DNA of 64,000 nt from the human T2T-CHM13v2.0 reference genome, Homo sapiens: assembly GCF_009914755.1 (NCBI RefSeq), contig NC_060943.1; one strand, 5' to 3'. Shown here one piece after another: positions 48,940 through 64,000 of the stretch. The first letter of the stretch is position 1. Each line of letters opens with the position of its first letter. Below the pieces are notes generated by a model that was not told the DNA's origin, did not search any database, and saw only the letters and a program-made list of their open reading frames with translations. Position numbers and translations under genes: made by a program.

Positions 48940-49190
48940 ATGAAAGCGGAATGCTTTGGCCAAGAGCCCAGGCTACAGAATCAAGCTGCCAAGCTTCAAT
49001 CCTGACTCTACCACTTACTGGCAGCATAAACTGACACACATTAATTAACCTCTCAATGCCTCTGTTCTTCATCTGTAAAATGGAGATAAACGTTGGGTTG
49101 TTATGTTATGTTATGTGAGTTCAATGCATCATAATATTAGAAAGTCAGTGTGAGTGGTAATAAAATCTGATCAATGTTAGCCATTGTTAC
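48940..49190 (+). mobile_element. MIR
   Basis: TCTACCACTTACT...TTCTTCATCTGTAAAATGGAGATAA core. Confidence 0.75.
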
Positions 49191-49669
49191 TACCATCTTC
49201 ATTATCATCACTATGAAATAAATCTAGAAGCTGCTCATTAGCTCTGGTTTGTTGCAAAGTATGTTTATTTTAGGTCAGTAATTAACCATATAGGTGTACA
49301 TCACCCTTTCAACATTCTGAAAAATCTATTGGCTTCAGCATCCCACCAAAACTGATCAGAGATAAGGGACAGGGAATATTCACATCTTTTATTCTCCCAC
49401 ATCTATTTTCAGAAAATTTGAATATACTCTCACTGAGTTGAAGGTCCCCATTCCTGCTGCCTGCTGGAAAGCTGCACCAACCACAGAGAGTTACCAAATA
49501 ATTCCTCTCTGCCAATCCCTACGTTTGGTAATAAGCAAATGGAGAATTTGACACAGTTCCCGCTGCACAGAAATCTGTAGCCAAATGGGAAAGACAGATC
49601 AGAAATAAGTAGCAGAAGCATCTGCGAGCTCAAAGACAGGTCAACAGAAACAATCAAACCTGAAGCACA

Positions 49670-51298
49670 TGAAAACAATGTGCATTCTGTTGTTGATAGA
49701 GTGCTCTACAAATGTCAACGAGGTCAAGATGTTAATAGTATTATTCAGGTCTTTTGAATCCTTACTGGTTTTCAGTCTTCTTGTTCTACTGATTACTGAT
49801 AAAAGAGTGTTGAGATTTCTACATAGAACTGTGGGTTTCTCTATTTTTTTCTTTTAATTATATCAGTTTTTCTTCATGTAACTGTTGTTTTGTAGGTACA
49901 CTTTTAGGATTGTTATGTCTACTCGGGGAACTGACCCTTGGCATGGTGTCCCTCGGCATCCCTGGCCTTGGTCTGAAGTCTACTTTGATATTAATATAGC
50001 CACTCCGTAGTACAGCTCCTTTTCACTTTTTCACTTTCAAACTATTTATGTCCTTGTATTTAAATGGAGTTATTTTAGACCACATATACTTGGTTCTTGC
50101 TTTTTATCCAATCTTACAATATATTTTAATTGATGTATTCAGGCCATTAGCATTTCCTATAATTATTGATATAGCTGGGTTTCTGTCTACCATTTTATTA
50201 TCTTTTTTCCTGTTTGTCCTCCCTGATTTTGTCCCTCTATTACCCCTTTTTCTGCCTTCTTTTGGGTTGATTTTTTTTTTTTTTTTTTTTTTACTATTCC
50301 ATTCATTGTATCTATTAGCTTTTGGCTATATGTCCTTTTTTTTTTTTTCCAGTGGTTGCTCTAGGGTTGTAATATACATATCTAATCTTTCACAGTGTAT
50401 TTAGCATTACTGTTTTACTATTTTTTGTAAAATGCAGATGCCTTACCAACAAATAGTTTCCTTTATCTCCCCACTTTGTTTCATTTGTATATACTACTCT
50501 ATATACACAAAAACCTCTAGCCAAGAAAGTTATAATTTTTATTTAAACAGTCATGCATATTTTAAAGAGTAGAAAACCAGTATTTTATATTTGCCAAAAA
50601 ACTTACTATTTCTGGTGCTCTTTCATCATTTCTGAAGTTCCTAGTTTCCATTTAATATCATTTCTATTCAGCCTAAAGAACTTCCTTTAGTGCTCCTTTT
50701 AGCACAGATGTGGCATTTTTTCATTTCATTCCTGAAGGACATTTTCACTGGATATAGAATTTTGTACCGACAACTCCTTTAAGAATATTAAAGATGTTTT
50801 TCCAATGTTTTCTGGCCTCCATGGCTTCCCATGAGAAATCCACGTATATCTGAATCATTGTTCTACCAGATATATAATATGTCATTTTCTCTAGCTGTAT
50901 TCAAGAATTTTTGTTTATTTTTAATTTTCAGAAGTTTGATTATGATGTATCCAGAAGTGATTTTCTCTGAGTTTATCGTATTTGGTATTCAACGAGTTTC
51001 TGGAATCTGTAAATTTATGTCTCTCACCAAATTTGGGCAATTTTCAGCTAGTACTTCCAAACAAACACTTCTCTCCTCTCCTCCTGAGACTCCAAAGACA
51101 GGAATATTAGACTTCTGATATTGTCCCACAGGTTCCGAAGGCTCTGCTCATTTATTTTTCAATTTTTTTTCTCTCTGTTGCTCAAATTGCATTTTTATAC
51201 TAACCTATCTTCAAGTTCACTGATTCTTTTTTCTGTCATCTCCAGTCTGCTACTGAGCCCATCGAATAATTTTTTTTTACTTCAGATGTTATCTTTTT
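49670..51298 (-). mobile_element. Old L1, inverted 5' segment (endonuclease region back to ORF1)
   Basis: Reverse complement matches L1 ORF2 endonuclease-region and ORF1 consensus. Confidence 0.75.
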
Positions 51299-51707
51299 CA
51301 TAAAACAAATCTTAATTTCCTAAGAATTCAAATCAAAGTATTTTCTCTAACTATAACAGATTTAAAGTAGAAATGAACAAGAAAAAATATCTGGACAATC
51401 TCCAAATGTTTGGAAATTAAGCAGCATACTTCTAAGCAACCAATGAAATTAGTTACAAAAGAAATTAGATGCAGTGAAGTGGAAATGCTTCTTAGAAAAT
51501 AAATTAGAGCATATTTTAAATGGAATCAAGACTTAAATGCAACATATCAAAATGTAAGAGATGCAGCTAAAGCAGATATTATAGGGAAATGTATAGCAAT
51601 GATGCATATATTAGAAAAGAGGTCTTAAAGGCAAACAGAAAAAAAGGACGTAGTAAACCTAAGACAGAAATCAATGAAATTAAAAACACAAAAACACTAG
51701 ACAAAAT

Positions 51708-54504
51708 CAAGCCTATCAAAATATGGCTGGGCCAAATCCAGCCCACTGCTTGTTTCTGTACAGGATGTAAGCTAAGAACGGCTTTTACTTTTTAATGGTT
51801 GAAAAAAATCCTGAAAAGATTATTTTGTGATGTGACAATTACATGAAACTCAAATTTCAGTGTCCATAAAGTTTTACTGTAACACAGCCATGCTCATTTG
51901 TTTACGTACGGCCTATGGCTGCTTTTGCATTACAGCAGCAGTGCTATGTAGTTATAACAGAGTTCATAGGTGGCACTCTCATTTCTTCATATTGTTGCTA
52001 AGCACAATTTAAACCACTGTGACTCAGCATTAGGTTAACTCAATTGGGTTAAATGCTGTTAATTGAACAGCATTTCAAGTAACATATGTATTGCTGTACC
52101 ACAACATTTTAATTTTTGTATTACTAATACACACTCTTCAAGCCAAACACAAGAAAAAAAAACAGAAAAACAGACTTTGTTACACTTTGAAGGCACAATG
52201 GAGGTGAAATATTTTGTGAATGAATTAGATGGCAAAGCTTATCATGCTTATTGTGCTTCCTATGCAGTGACAACGTATCTATGCTAAACTAATCAAACCT
52301 ATGTCAACACTGTCACGCTAAGCACTCATCACAATATTCTCAATTCACAATAAATGGTCCGAAAAATTAGAAAATTTTAAATAAAATGTCTCATCAGAGC
52401 AGAATTTCTTCACAAAAAAAATAATGAAAATGAGGTAGCAACTACAGTACATTTTGATATTCAGATATTCAGCTTCTATTTCTGCCCCAAGCAAGGAAAG
52501 TAATTTACCAGTGATGAATTAATTAAATCATGTTTGATTGCAGAAGGCAAAGAAATGTATCCAGATAAAATAAATTTGTTTATGATTAGTAGACTTTGGG
52601 CAAGACCAACTGCTCTAAGAGTTGAGGACAATGGGAACAACATTATGGTCCATTAAAATACAAGGGAAATGATTCTGATAAATTTATTTGGCTCTTGATT
52701 TCACAGATGTTACTAATGTTGCTCAGATATTGTGTATTCAAGGAATCAATGCCAAGTTTGAGTGGTTGAATGGTTAGCCTCTAGGAACAGTCGATATGGA
52801 ACAACCACAGGTGAAAATATTACCAAAGAAGGTACAAATACTAATTCAGTAAACCTGAGGCAGTACAATCTGCTAAGAAGTGTTAAAATTGATAGTGGTA
52901 AAAGATATGTTGGAGCAGAAAAAGGCAGAGGTTGGATTTATAAAAACATGTATTTAAAGCCTATGGTTACTCATTGTATTCTTCATCAGCAGGTACTTTG
53001 CAGAGAATATTTTAATCTATCATGTGCTATTGAACCACTAGTGGCAACAGTGAACTTCATTCAAACTCAAAGATTTAACCATCATCAGTTGCATGAATTT
53101 CATGAGAAACAGAAAAATTCTGACTTGCCCTACCACATGAGAGTTCAATGTCTGAGCAGCAATGAAGTTTTATTGTGATTTTTTTTAAATCTCAGGGCTG
53201 AGACTGAAATATTTCTGAATAAGAACTTCCCTCAAGCATTACTATTGATATAATACTGAATGACATTGGAAATTAGCTTTAGCTGCAGACTTGATAATGC
53301 TTCTTAATGAACTCGACCTAAAATTAAAAGGCAAAACAGTACTTATTTGTGAAGCTTATAGTGTAGGAAAGTTATTTCAAAGACAATTAATGTCTGAATC
53401 ACAGGTAATGCTAAGCCACTTTACAAATTTCCAGTGCTGTCAAAAGTTAAAACAAGTAATATCTCAATTCCCACACAAATTTGTAGTATATATGTTATCT
53501 GAGCCCAAACTTCAGAATTGTAGCAGTGTTTTCAGACCTTGATGCAAGCGCAAAGGACCTTTCTGCATTTCAAAGTCCATTTCATTGTACACTGCATAAT
53601 TCTCCTAACCTTCCATTGAAAGTGATTATTCTGAAATGTAGTGACATACTAAAAGGTAAATATCAAGAGTCTACAGTAATTCTTTAAATGTCTTCTGTAT
53701 TAGTTTCTATTGCTGCTATAATAAATTACCACAAACTTGGTGGCTTAAAATAATGCAATTTATTCTTTATTAGTTATGGAGATCAGAAGTCTAAAATCAG
53801 TTTCCTTGGGTTAAAGTCAAGGTGTCAGCAGGGCTGGTTGCTTCTCATAGGAATCCATTTCCTTGCCTTTTCTAACTTCTAGAGGCTGCTGGAATTCCTT
53901 GGCTTATGGCTGCAGCACTCCAATTTCTGCTTCTGTTATCATGTCACTTTCTTCTAATTTTGATCCTTCTGCTTTTCTCTTATAAGAATCCTTGTAATTA
54001 CACTGGGCCCAACCAGATAATCCAGGATAATCTACACATCTTAAACTCCCTAAGTTTAATCACACCAGTAAATATCTCATACCATGTGAAGTAACATTCA
54101 TAAGCTCTGGGAATTAGGATATGGACATCTTTAGGGAGCCACTATTCAGTTTACCACATCTTTCAACTCATTGATATTCACAATTAAAATCATTTGCTTA
54201 TGGATTAGTATCAGTATTTCATAGGACCTATTTGTTTAAAAAATTTCTTTTCAAAGATAAAATACATAAAATCTCATTACAAATCAGCATTAACAGATGA
54301 ACATTTACAGTCAATTTTGATGACAAGGAATAGCAACCTTGAACTTCAATTAAGTTGTACTCAATCATTATATCTTAAATTTTGTCAATTGAAGTTTCCT
54401 CTCATTATATAAATACCTAAATAATAGTACTGATATTTCTAGTTAACTGGAAAAACTAAAATATTTACAATCTGGGCCTAAAAAAATAGGTTTGCTGGCT
54501 CCTG
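51708..54504 (+). mobile_element. Cheshire (autonomous MER58-family hAT-Charlie transposon), near full length, transposase decayed
   Basis: MER58B-like left end and MER58-like right end; perfect 8-bp TSD GACAAAAT (51700-51707 / 54505-54512); transposase motifs YGTTTGENI, HCILHQQVLC, DLPYH, LNELDLKLKGK. Confidence 0.85.
53696..54158 (-). mobile_element. MLT1 (MLT1C-like) solo LTR inside Cheshire
   Basis: TGTATTAGTTTCTATTGCTGCT...ACCACA, 463 bp, near-TSD TCTTC/TCTTT. Confidence 0.85.
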
Positions 54505-57500
54505 GACAAAATTAATTCAACCCACAGGCGGTTCTTTGCAAAGATTAGTAAAAATTAAACTCCTGATGAAGAACAAAAGAGAAAAGACACAAATTACCAA
54601 AATCAAGAATGAAAGAAGGGATATCACTACGGACTTAACAGGCATTAGAAATATAAATGAATTAACATTAATGAATTCAAAGTGATAGATGAAATGGTTT
54701 AATTCCTTCAAAGACACAAACCACAAAATACTGATGTGAGAAATCAAAGAGAAAAATGAAAAAAATCACTCAAAATTCTACATACTGCATTGATTTGTTC
54801 ACGTGATGTTATGGAAAAGGCAATGGGGTTGGGGAGTGAACCAGGGGTTTCCTGGGGTTAAGAGTTGGGGAAGAGTTTGACTACAAAAAGGTACCACAAG
54901 GGGATGTTTCTGGGCGATGGAACTGTTGTGAATCTTGATTGTGGTGGTGAAGTCTACATGACAATGCAATTGTCAAAACTCAGAAATGTACACCAAAAAG
55001 AATAAATTTCTACTATAAGTAGATAAGTTAAAAAATAAATGTTAAAAAATTAAATAAGGCTGTTCTACAGGTACTTGTCAAACTTTTAAGTGCACAGCAA
55101 TCACCAGCTCCAGTAAAAGTGAAGCAGAAAAAGCATTTGACAAAATACAACATCCACTCATGACAGAACTTTTGCAGACTAAAAATATAATGGAACTTAT
55201 AAAAATGCTTTCCCCTATGATCAGGAACAAGGCAGAGATGTGTACTCTTGACATAACTATTCAACACTGTACTGAAAATCAGCCAGTGTAATGAGGCAAG
55301 GAAAAGAAATAAAAAGCATACAGATTAGAAAGGAAGAAATAAAACTGACCCTATTAATACACAACATGTGTCTCTGTGGAAAATCCCAAGGAATCTACCA
55401 AAAAACAAAAATTTCTAGTGAGTATAGCAAAGTCAGAGAATACAAGGTCAATGCACAAAAATCAGGTGTATTTCTATACACTAACAATGTACAACTGGAA
55501 ACCAAAATTTTAAAACAATATGATTTAAAATAGCTCTAGAAGAATAAATTATATATTATACTCGGGCATATGTCTAAACAAAACATGTATAGATCTGTAT
55601 GCAGAAAATCATGAAACACTAATGCAAGAAATTAAAGAACACTTAAATGAAGGGACATGTTATATCAATGAACTGGAAAACTCAATGTGATAAAGACGGA
55701 TCTACTGATTTTACATAATGTCAATGAAAATACCAGCTGAATTTTTGGTAGATATAAATAAGCTGATTCTAAAATGCATATGGAAAGGCAAAGGAACCAG
55801 AATAGCTAAAAGCAATTTTGGAAAAAAAGAATAAATTTGGAAGAATCAAACTATCCAGTCTTAAGATTTACTATCAAGCTACAGTAAATATGATATCTTG
55901 GTACTGGTGAAGAGATACACACATAGATCAATTTAGCAGAACATGGTACAGAAATAAACCCAAACAAGTGGTGTTGGGATGGTTGGTCATTCATATGTAA
56001 AGAAATAAAACCCAACTTAACCATCACATATTATAAAAAAAGTTAAAATGGATCACAGATTTAAGTGTAAAACCATAAAACTTCTAGAACAAGAGAAAAT
56101 CTTCACGACCTGGGGCTAGGCAGACTTCTTAGATATGACATCAAAAGCACAATCCAAAAAAGATAACATTGATAAATTAGATGTAATTAAAATTAGAAAT
56201 TTTGTTCTGCAAAAGACACTATTAAGAGAATGAAAAGACAAGCTACAGGCTGAGAAGGAATATTTGCAAATCACACATCCAACAAAGGACTTATATCCAG
56301 AATATATAAATAGCTCTCAAAAATCAACAATAGGAAAAATATAACCCAATGTAAAACTGGGCAAAGCATGCATACAGACACTTCCGCAAAGAAGATATAA
56401 GGATGGCAAAGAAACAATAACAAAAAAAGAAATATCTGCTGAACACCATTAGCCATTAGGGAAATGTAAATTAAAGTCACAATGCTTAGAATGGCTAAAA
56501 TAAAAAAAAATAAGGAAAATACTAAGTGCTGATGAAGATGTAAATAAACTGGAACTTTCTACATCATTAGTGAGAATGCAAAATGGTACAGATACTACAG
56601 TTTGGCATCTTATAAAGTTAAACATACATTCCCCATATGATCCAGTAACCACACTCCTGGCTTCGTACCCTACAGAAATAAGCACAAAAAAACTGTACAT
56701 GAATGTTTATATCAGCTCTATTCATAAATGCCAAAAAGTGGAGGAAAAAGTCTATCAACCAGAGAATAGATAAACTGTGATACATCCATAAAGTGGATAC
56801 TTCTGTTAACCAGAAGTAAACAGAAATGAAGTATTGATACGTATAACAACTTTGATGAATGTCAAGAGCAATTTGCTGAGTAAAAGAATCCGGTCTCAAA
56901 TGTTAACATATAGCATCAGTTCATTTATACGACATTCTCAAAAAGACAAAACTATAGCGTTTTAGTGGTTATGGTAGTTGCCAGTGGTTACAGGTATGGT
57001 GAGGGGTAATTATGAGGGAAGACATGAGGGGAGTTTTTGGGGTGATGGAACTGTTCTTTTTCTGACTACGGTAGTCGTTATACAAACTATGCCTGTGTTG
57101 TAATAGAATTGTATACCAAAAATAACAAAATAGTCAATGTCACTGTAAAAACATTTTTTAAAAACCTGTTTTAAAAACCTGGAAACACAACCTCAGTTAT
57201 AAGGCATGGTCTATAAATGTTGTTACCATTTCTAACAATTTGTTTCTTAGGAATTTTTTTAGATTATCAAAACATAACCAATCATTGCTCTTCAACTCTT
57301 CAATACTCTGAAATAGTTGGTGGATTATATAACCTACCAATATTAAGTGAGATTAAGGAATATATCCAGGGGTTATTTCTATTCTATTTTGATACCTAAT
57401 TCCAATTCTACACTGCAAATCCTTGATGCCAGCTGTCTGTTGAGTAGCTACTCTAACCATAAACCCTTAACAACCTTGTACGATGTGCTGGGCACATGGA

Positions 57501-58319
57501 GAAAAATATGACATGGTCCCAGAAATAGAAGAACTTTCAGTGTATGGATTTAGATAAAGAGAAATAAGAAACAAAGAGCTATAAGACTTAGGCAAGGCAA
57601 ACTCTATACTGGAACACAAAATTCATCACCATCCTTCTCCAAGGTACAATTCTCTTGCATCCCCTAGCTTCCTCAAGTAAGGACCATTCTGTAAGCTTCA
57701 ACGAATGAAAACCTTAGAGTAGCTGCTGGCATTTCCCTTTCAAAGTCTTGGATATAAGCAATTTATGATCATCAACGTTTGGCAATTATGACAATCAATC
57801 AAACGATATTATACTAAGTCGATGTTAGAGATTTGCTTTAAAATACTGAAACAAAAAAAAAAGGGACAGGGAGTTGATACAAGACTGGCAAATGTTAACA
57901 AAGGTTGAAGCTGGGTGACGCTTCCACAGAATTATTTTAGTCATATTACATTTGGCTATGCTTACAAATTTCCATAGTAAAAACTTAAGGGAAAAATAAA
58001 AGCTATGAAGCCTATTTGGTTAAACATGGGTGAAAATCCAAAAAGAAGTCTACTGGAAGAGGAAAACATTGAAATATTAATATTGTTACTGTTATATCTT
58101 GTGGTTAGCATAATTTTTTTCTTTTACACTTTCTATACTTTCTTAATCTTTTACAATATGCAATAATTTATATAATCAGAATATGAACTATAAATATTTC
58201 AAATAAAATTAAATTACAGATAATTTTAAAAAATCAAAAATTCAAAGCTTATTAACCTTGCTTTCACGGTCCTCTAGAAAAATCCAAATATGTGTTCTGA
58301 AGCTGATACTAAACACATC

Positions 58320-58550
58320 AAGAACTAAGGCAATGGATGGAAACTATTTGAATTCAAATCCCAGCTCAGGCTCTTACCACCTGGGTGACCTAAAGATAAA
58401 CCACCTATGCTCTATGTCTGTTTGCTTATCTTTAAAATGGGAATGGTGGTACCCAACCCAGGCTCAAAGGGCTCTTGTGAGGATTAAAGATGTTAATTCA
58501 TATCAAACTCTTAGAATGATCAGCACTAAATGTTTAAATACTATCTTTAT
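58320..58550 (+). mobile_element. MIR
   Basis: TTCAAATCCCAGCTC...TGGGTGACCT...TAAAATGGG...TTGTGAGGATTAAA. Confidence 0.75.
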
Positions 58551-59199
58551 TACTCATGCCCAAGTACTCCCTCATCCGTTTCTGCATTTATTGAACAAAT
58601 ATCAGCGCATCTTCGAGCAGAATTTGCCAGTGAATGATGGAAATATCGTCTTCCCTGAAAAGAAAGGATGATAAGTACTACTCAGGTGAGACTCCGCTGC
58701 CAAGTGCCAAAGGGTCATTCCCTCCTTCTCCCTGCAGCCTTTTTCAAGAAGTCAAGGCTAAAGAAGGAAAGGAGGATGGGGGAAATCAGAACTCCTGCAT
58801 GAATTACAATGGACTACCCAGACAGCCAGGAGTGATCCTGTCCTAAAGAAAAATCTCTCAGTGATCAGAAAAGGGCCAGGGATACTCTGCAGCTGGAGCT
58901 CTGACCCCATCCTGGGTTCACAGAAGCTTTCAGGGAACTGAGTCCTTCTCAGAAAATTAAAAAGTGCTAATAACAAGAGACCCATCTTCTACCACCTGTC
59001 AGGCTCTGTTCCAAGTCTTTTTATTTAACTCTCAAAAGAACTCCATTAGATAGATACTAGTACCATTTTAAAGAAAAAGAAACATAGGCAGAGAGATTAA
59101 GATACTCGCCTGTTATTATACTGCTAGGAAGTGGCAGAGCTGGTTGATGGTCAGGGGAAAGGGCTGGGGGAGTACAGAACCCAGGAGATCCCCAGTCCC

Positions 59200-59860
59200 T
59201 GCGATGTAGGATCTTGGACCCCCGGCGCTAAGTGGGGATGCGCCAGCTGCCCCACACTGGAGAAGGCTCATTCAAAGATAACACAAATCCCGCCCTTCGC
59301 CGCAAGTGGATTATCCTCCCCTAGAGCTACTGCCCGGTTGCTACTGGACCCCAACAAAACGAACATCAGTATGGACGGAAGGAGCAGGAAGCAGGGCGGG
59401 GAGCGCTCACCTTTCTGGGAGGAACGAAGGCCGCGGCCTAGCGTACCTGGGGCGGAAGTGGCTCTGCCTACCGAGACCTCCTGGACTACGCTTCCCAGAA
59501 TTCCCGACGGGATCAGGGAGACGGCCTCAGCCTCCTAGAGCGGAAGTTACCCGACTACACGGGGCTCCCAAACTACATTTCCCAGAATTCCTAGAAAAAC
59601 TCTCCACTTATCTGCCTGCCTAGGACGCAAGTACCGGGTGCCAAGCTGAGAGCCTGGATGATATTTCACATGTGCCGGTCCCAAAGGAATTCCTTAACTC
59701 CCCCTTCCTGGAACCGAAATGCTTCCAAAGACAGAGAGCTCGTATATATATTTCTCTGTTTTACCCAGCGGACCGTGCATGAAAGGCGCCTTTCCTGGCG
59801 CGTGTGTCTCTGACCCTGTGGATCTTCTGGACAATTCCCGGAATTTCTTGCAGGGTAGCA
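59200..59860 (-). promoter_or_regulatory. ZNF112 CpG promoter with two ETS and two ZNF143/SBS motifs
   Basis: GCGGAAGT at 59452-59459 and 59540-59547; ACTACGCTTCCCAGAATTCC 59485-59504; ACTACATTTCCCAGAATTCC 59572-59591. Confidence 0.87.
59411..59470 (-). other. ZNF112: ZNF112 non-coding exon 1 (5' end approximate)
   Basis: AAG|GTGAGC donor at 59405-59410; same position relative to the promoter motifs as ZNF235 exon 1. Confidence 0.75.
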
Positions 59861-60716
59861 CTTTCCCTTAAGTCGTCTCTTTCTCGTTTGGATAGTCAGT
59901 ATTTGTATAGTCACTATTCTCTTTTGGTTAGCCATCCAATTTTATACTGCTAGTCCAGTTCTACTGCCTTCCCCCTAGAGTTTGAATTTATTTTTCTTCA
60001 AACGCGACACAAACCCAAATAAACTCAACCAAAGCGGACTTTACCTACCTACCTACCTACTTACCAAGAAAATATCCCATAAAGGAGAGAACAGAGAAGC
60101 TTGCAATACAGGAAGAAAAAAGAAAAGAATTACAGAATGGAAGCGATGTGTGCGCTAAAAATGCAGGTACTTAAAGGAAATTGGGCTGATTTGTACTGGA
60201 CACCGAATTTAAGGAATACAGGATCTCAACCTTTCTTTGACTCGATTACCTTTTTATTCCATTTTGGTGTGGACGCGTCTGAAACTGATAGTGCTGCTGC
60301 TACCTACCATAATGTGTTTGTTGCAAGATCCACAAGAACGTGGATGCCAAGAATCCACAAAAAAACAGATGCAACCGTTGATGAGGCCATAAGCAGAAAC
60401 AGTAAATGGTTCCCACGTTTCCTCTGCTTTAACTACTGATGATGAAATGCAAGTCATAAGGCAAATAGAAGGGCTGTACTGATACAGACAAAATGTTATT
60501 ATTATGGGAAGGGATAAGTCTCTTGTAAAACCTCGAAATTTTTTTCTTCTTTGAGAAAAATCTATCACCTATTTTCACCCTGCTCTTGATATAGCAAATA
60601 TTGTAAGTTGTCTTATGGAGGACAGGATGATTCAGGGAGGACGGTGAATGGGTTGACTCAATCCAGAAAAGGAAGAGGAAAATAAAAAGACATAACGACC
60701 AATCTGTGAAAACGCT

Positions 60717-60989
<273 letters not shown>

Positions 60990-61569
60990 TTAACAACTCC
61001 TTTCCAAGGAAATGTTTCTGAAAATACATACGGTTTACATATTAAAGAGGATCAATCTGATAATAGGGGATTTTTTTTTATAAAATGAAAGGAAATTTTA
61101 AAAATAAAAGGGACAGAATAATACTTTGTGTACTTCCACTTCCAGTAATAATAAAATGAGTGATTTGGAACAAACATCTGGCAGAGGAAAGATGAGCAAA
61201 CTTTTTAAATGTCAAAAGGCATCAAAAGACAAGATAATGGAGAAATGGTGGGCCAAAATTCAGAAACACTTGGGAGAGTCATGCATTTGGGGCTACTTTT
61301 CTCCTGGGGATGATGGTCTAGTTTAGGATCTGAAAAGCCTAGAAGCTCTGCAGCACTTTTGACACCTATATGAAGCTGGGGGAACAAAAGATTCTAGCAA
61401 AAACTAAAATTCGCATCTTTTCAAGTGCACATAAGATTTGCACAAATTAGCAAAATGATACGGGATTTCAAAATACTGAAATACTAAATATGCTTTTGAA
61501 TACAATGAAATTTGGCTAGAAATCAATAAAAATACAACTAAATGATTCATGTGTGCATTTAATAAATAT

Positions 61570-64000
<2,431 letters not shown>

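Larger units (their letters stand above)
51299..57174 (+). mobile_element. Old L1 (L1MC/MD-like) ORF2 to 3' end, interrupted by Cheshire
   Basis: ORF2 remnants (RQGKEIKSIQIRKEEIKL, EYSKVREYKVNAQKS, PYDPVTTLL); 3' UTR motif TTTTGGGGTGATGGAACTGTTC. Confidence 0.8.

Overview
This is human genomic DNA from a KRAB zinc-finger gene cluster, recognised as 19q13.31. Two tandem paralogues lie on the minus strand. The first is the 5' half of ZNF235 (promoter/exon 1 near 7.9 kb, ATG exon, KRAB-A and KRAB-B exons; the zinc-finger exon lies left of the window). The second is a complete ZNF112 gene (exon 1 near 59.4 kb, then ATG, KRAB-A, KRAB-B and a 2.5-kb zinc-finger exon), giving 913 aa with 13 intact and about 11 degenerate C2H2 fingers. 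Most of the rest is interspersed repeat: Alus including an AluYa5, L1M, MIR, solo LTRs, MSTA/MLT1, Tigger, MER20/MER5/MER58 and a near-complete hAT Cheshire fossil. There is also an NDUFA3 processed pseudogene and a TSD-flanked, tailless tRNA-Met 5' half. I found no convincing novel biological system. The most notable observations are: (1) the half-tRNA retrocopy; (2) base-exact conserved ETS/ZNF143 motif spacing in both promoters; (3) a 36-nt templated insertion copied from 5.8 kb away; (4) a twin-primed ancient L1 hosting nested elements; (5) unusual ZNF112 recognition helices. Repeat subfamily names come from recalled consensus sequences, and repeat boundaries are approximate unless target-site duplications (TSDs) are given.
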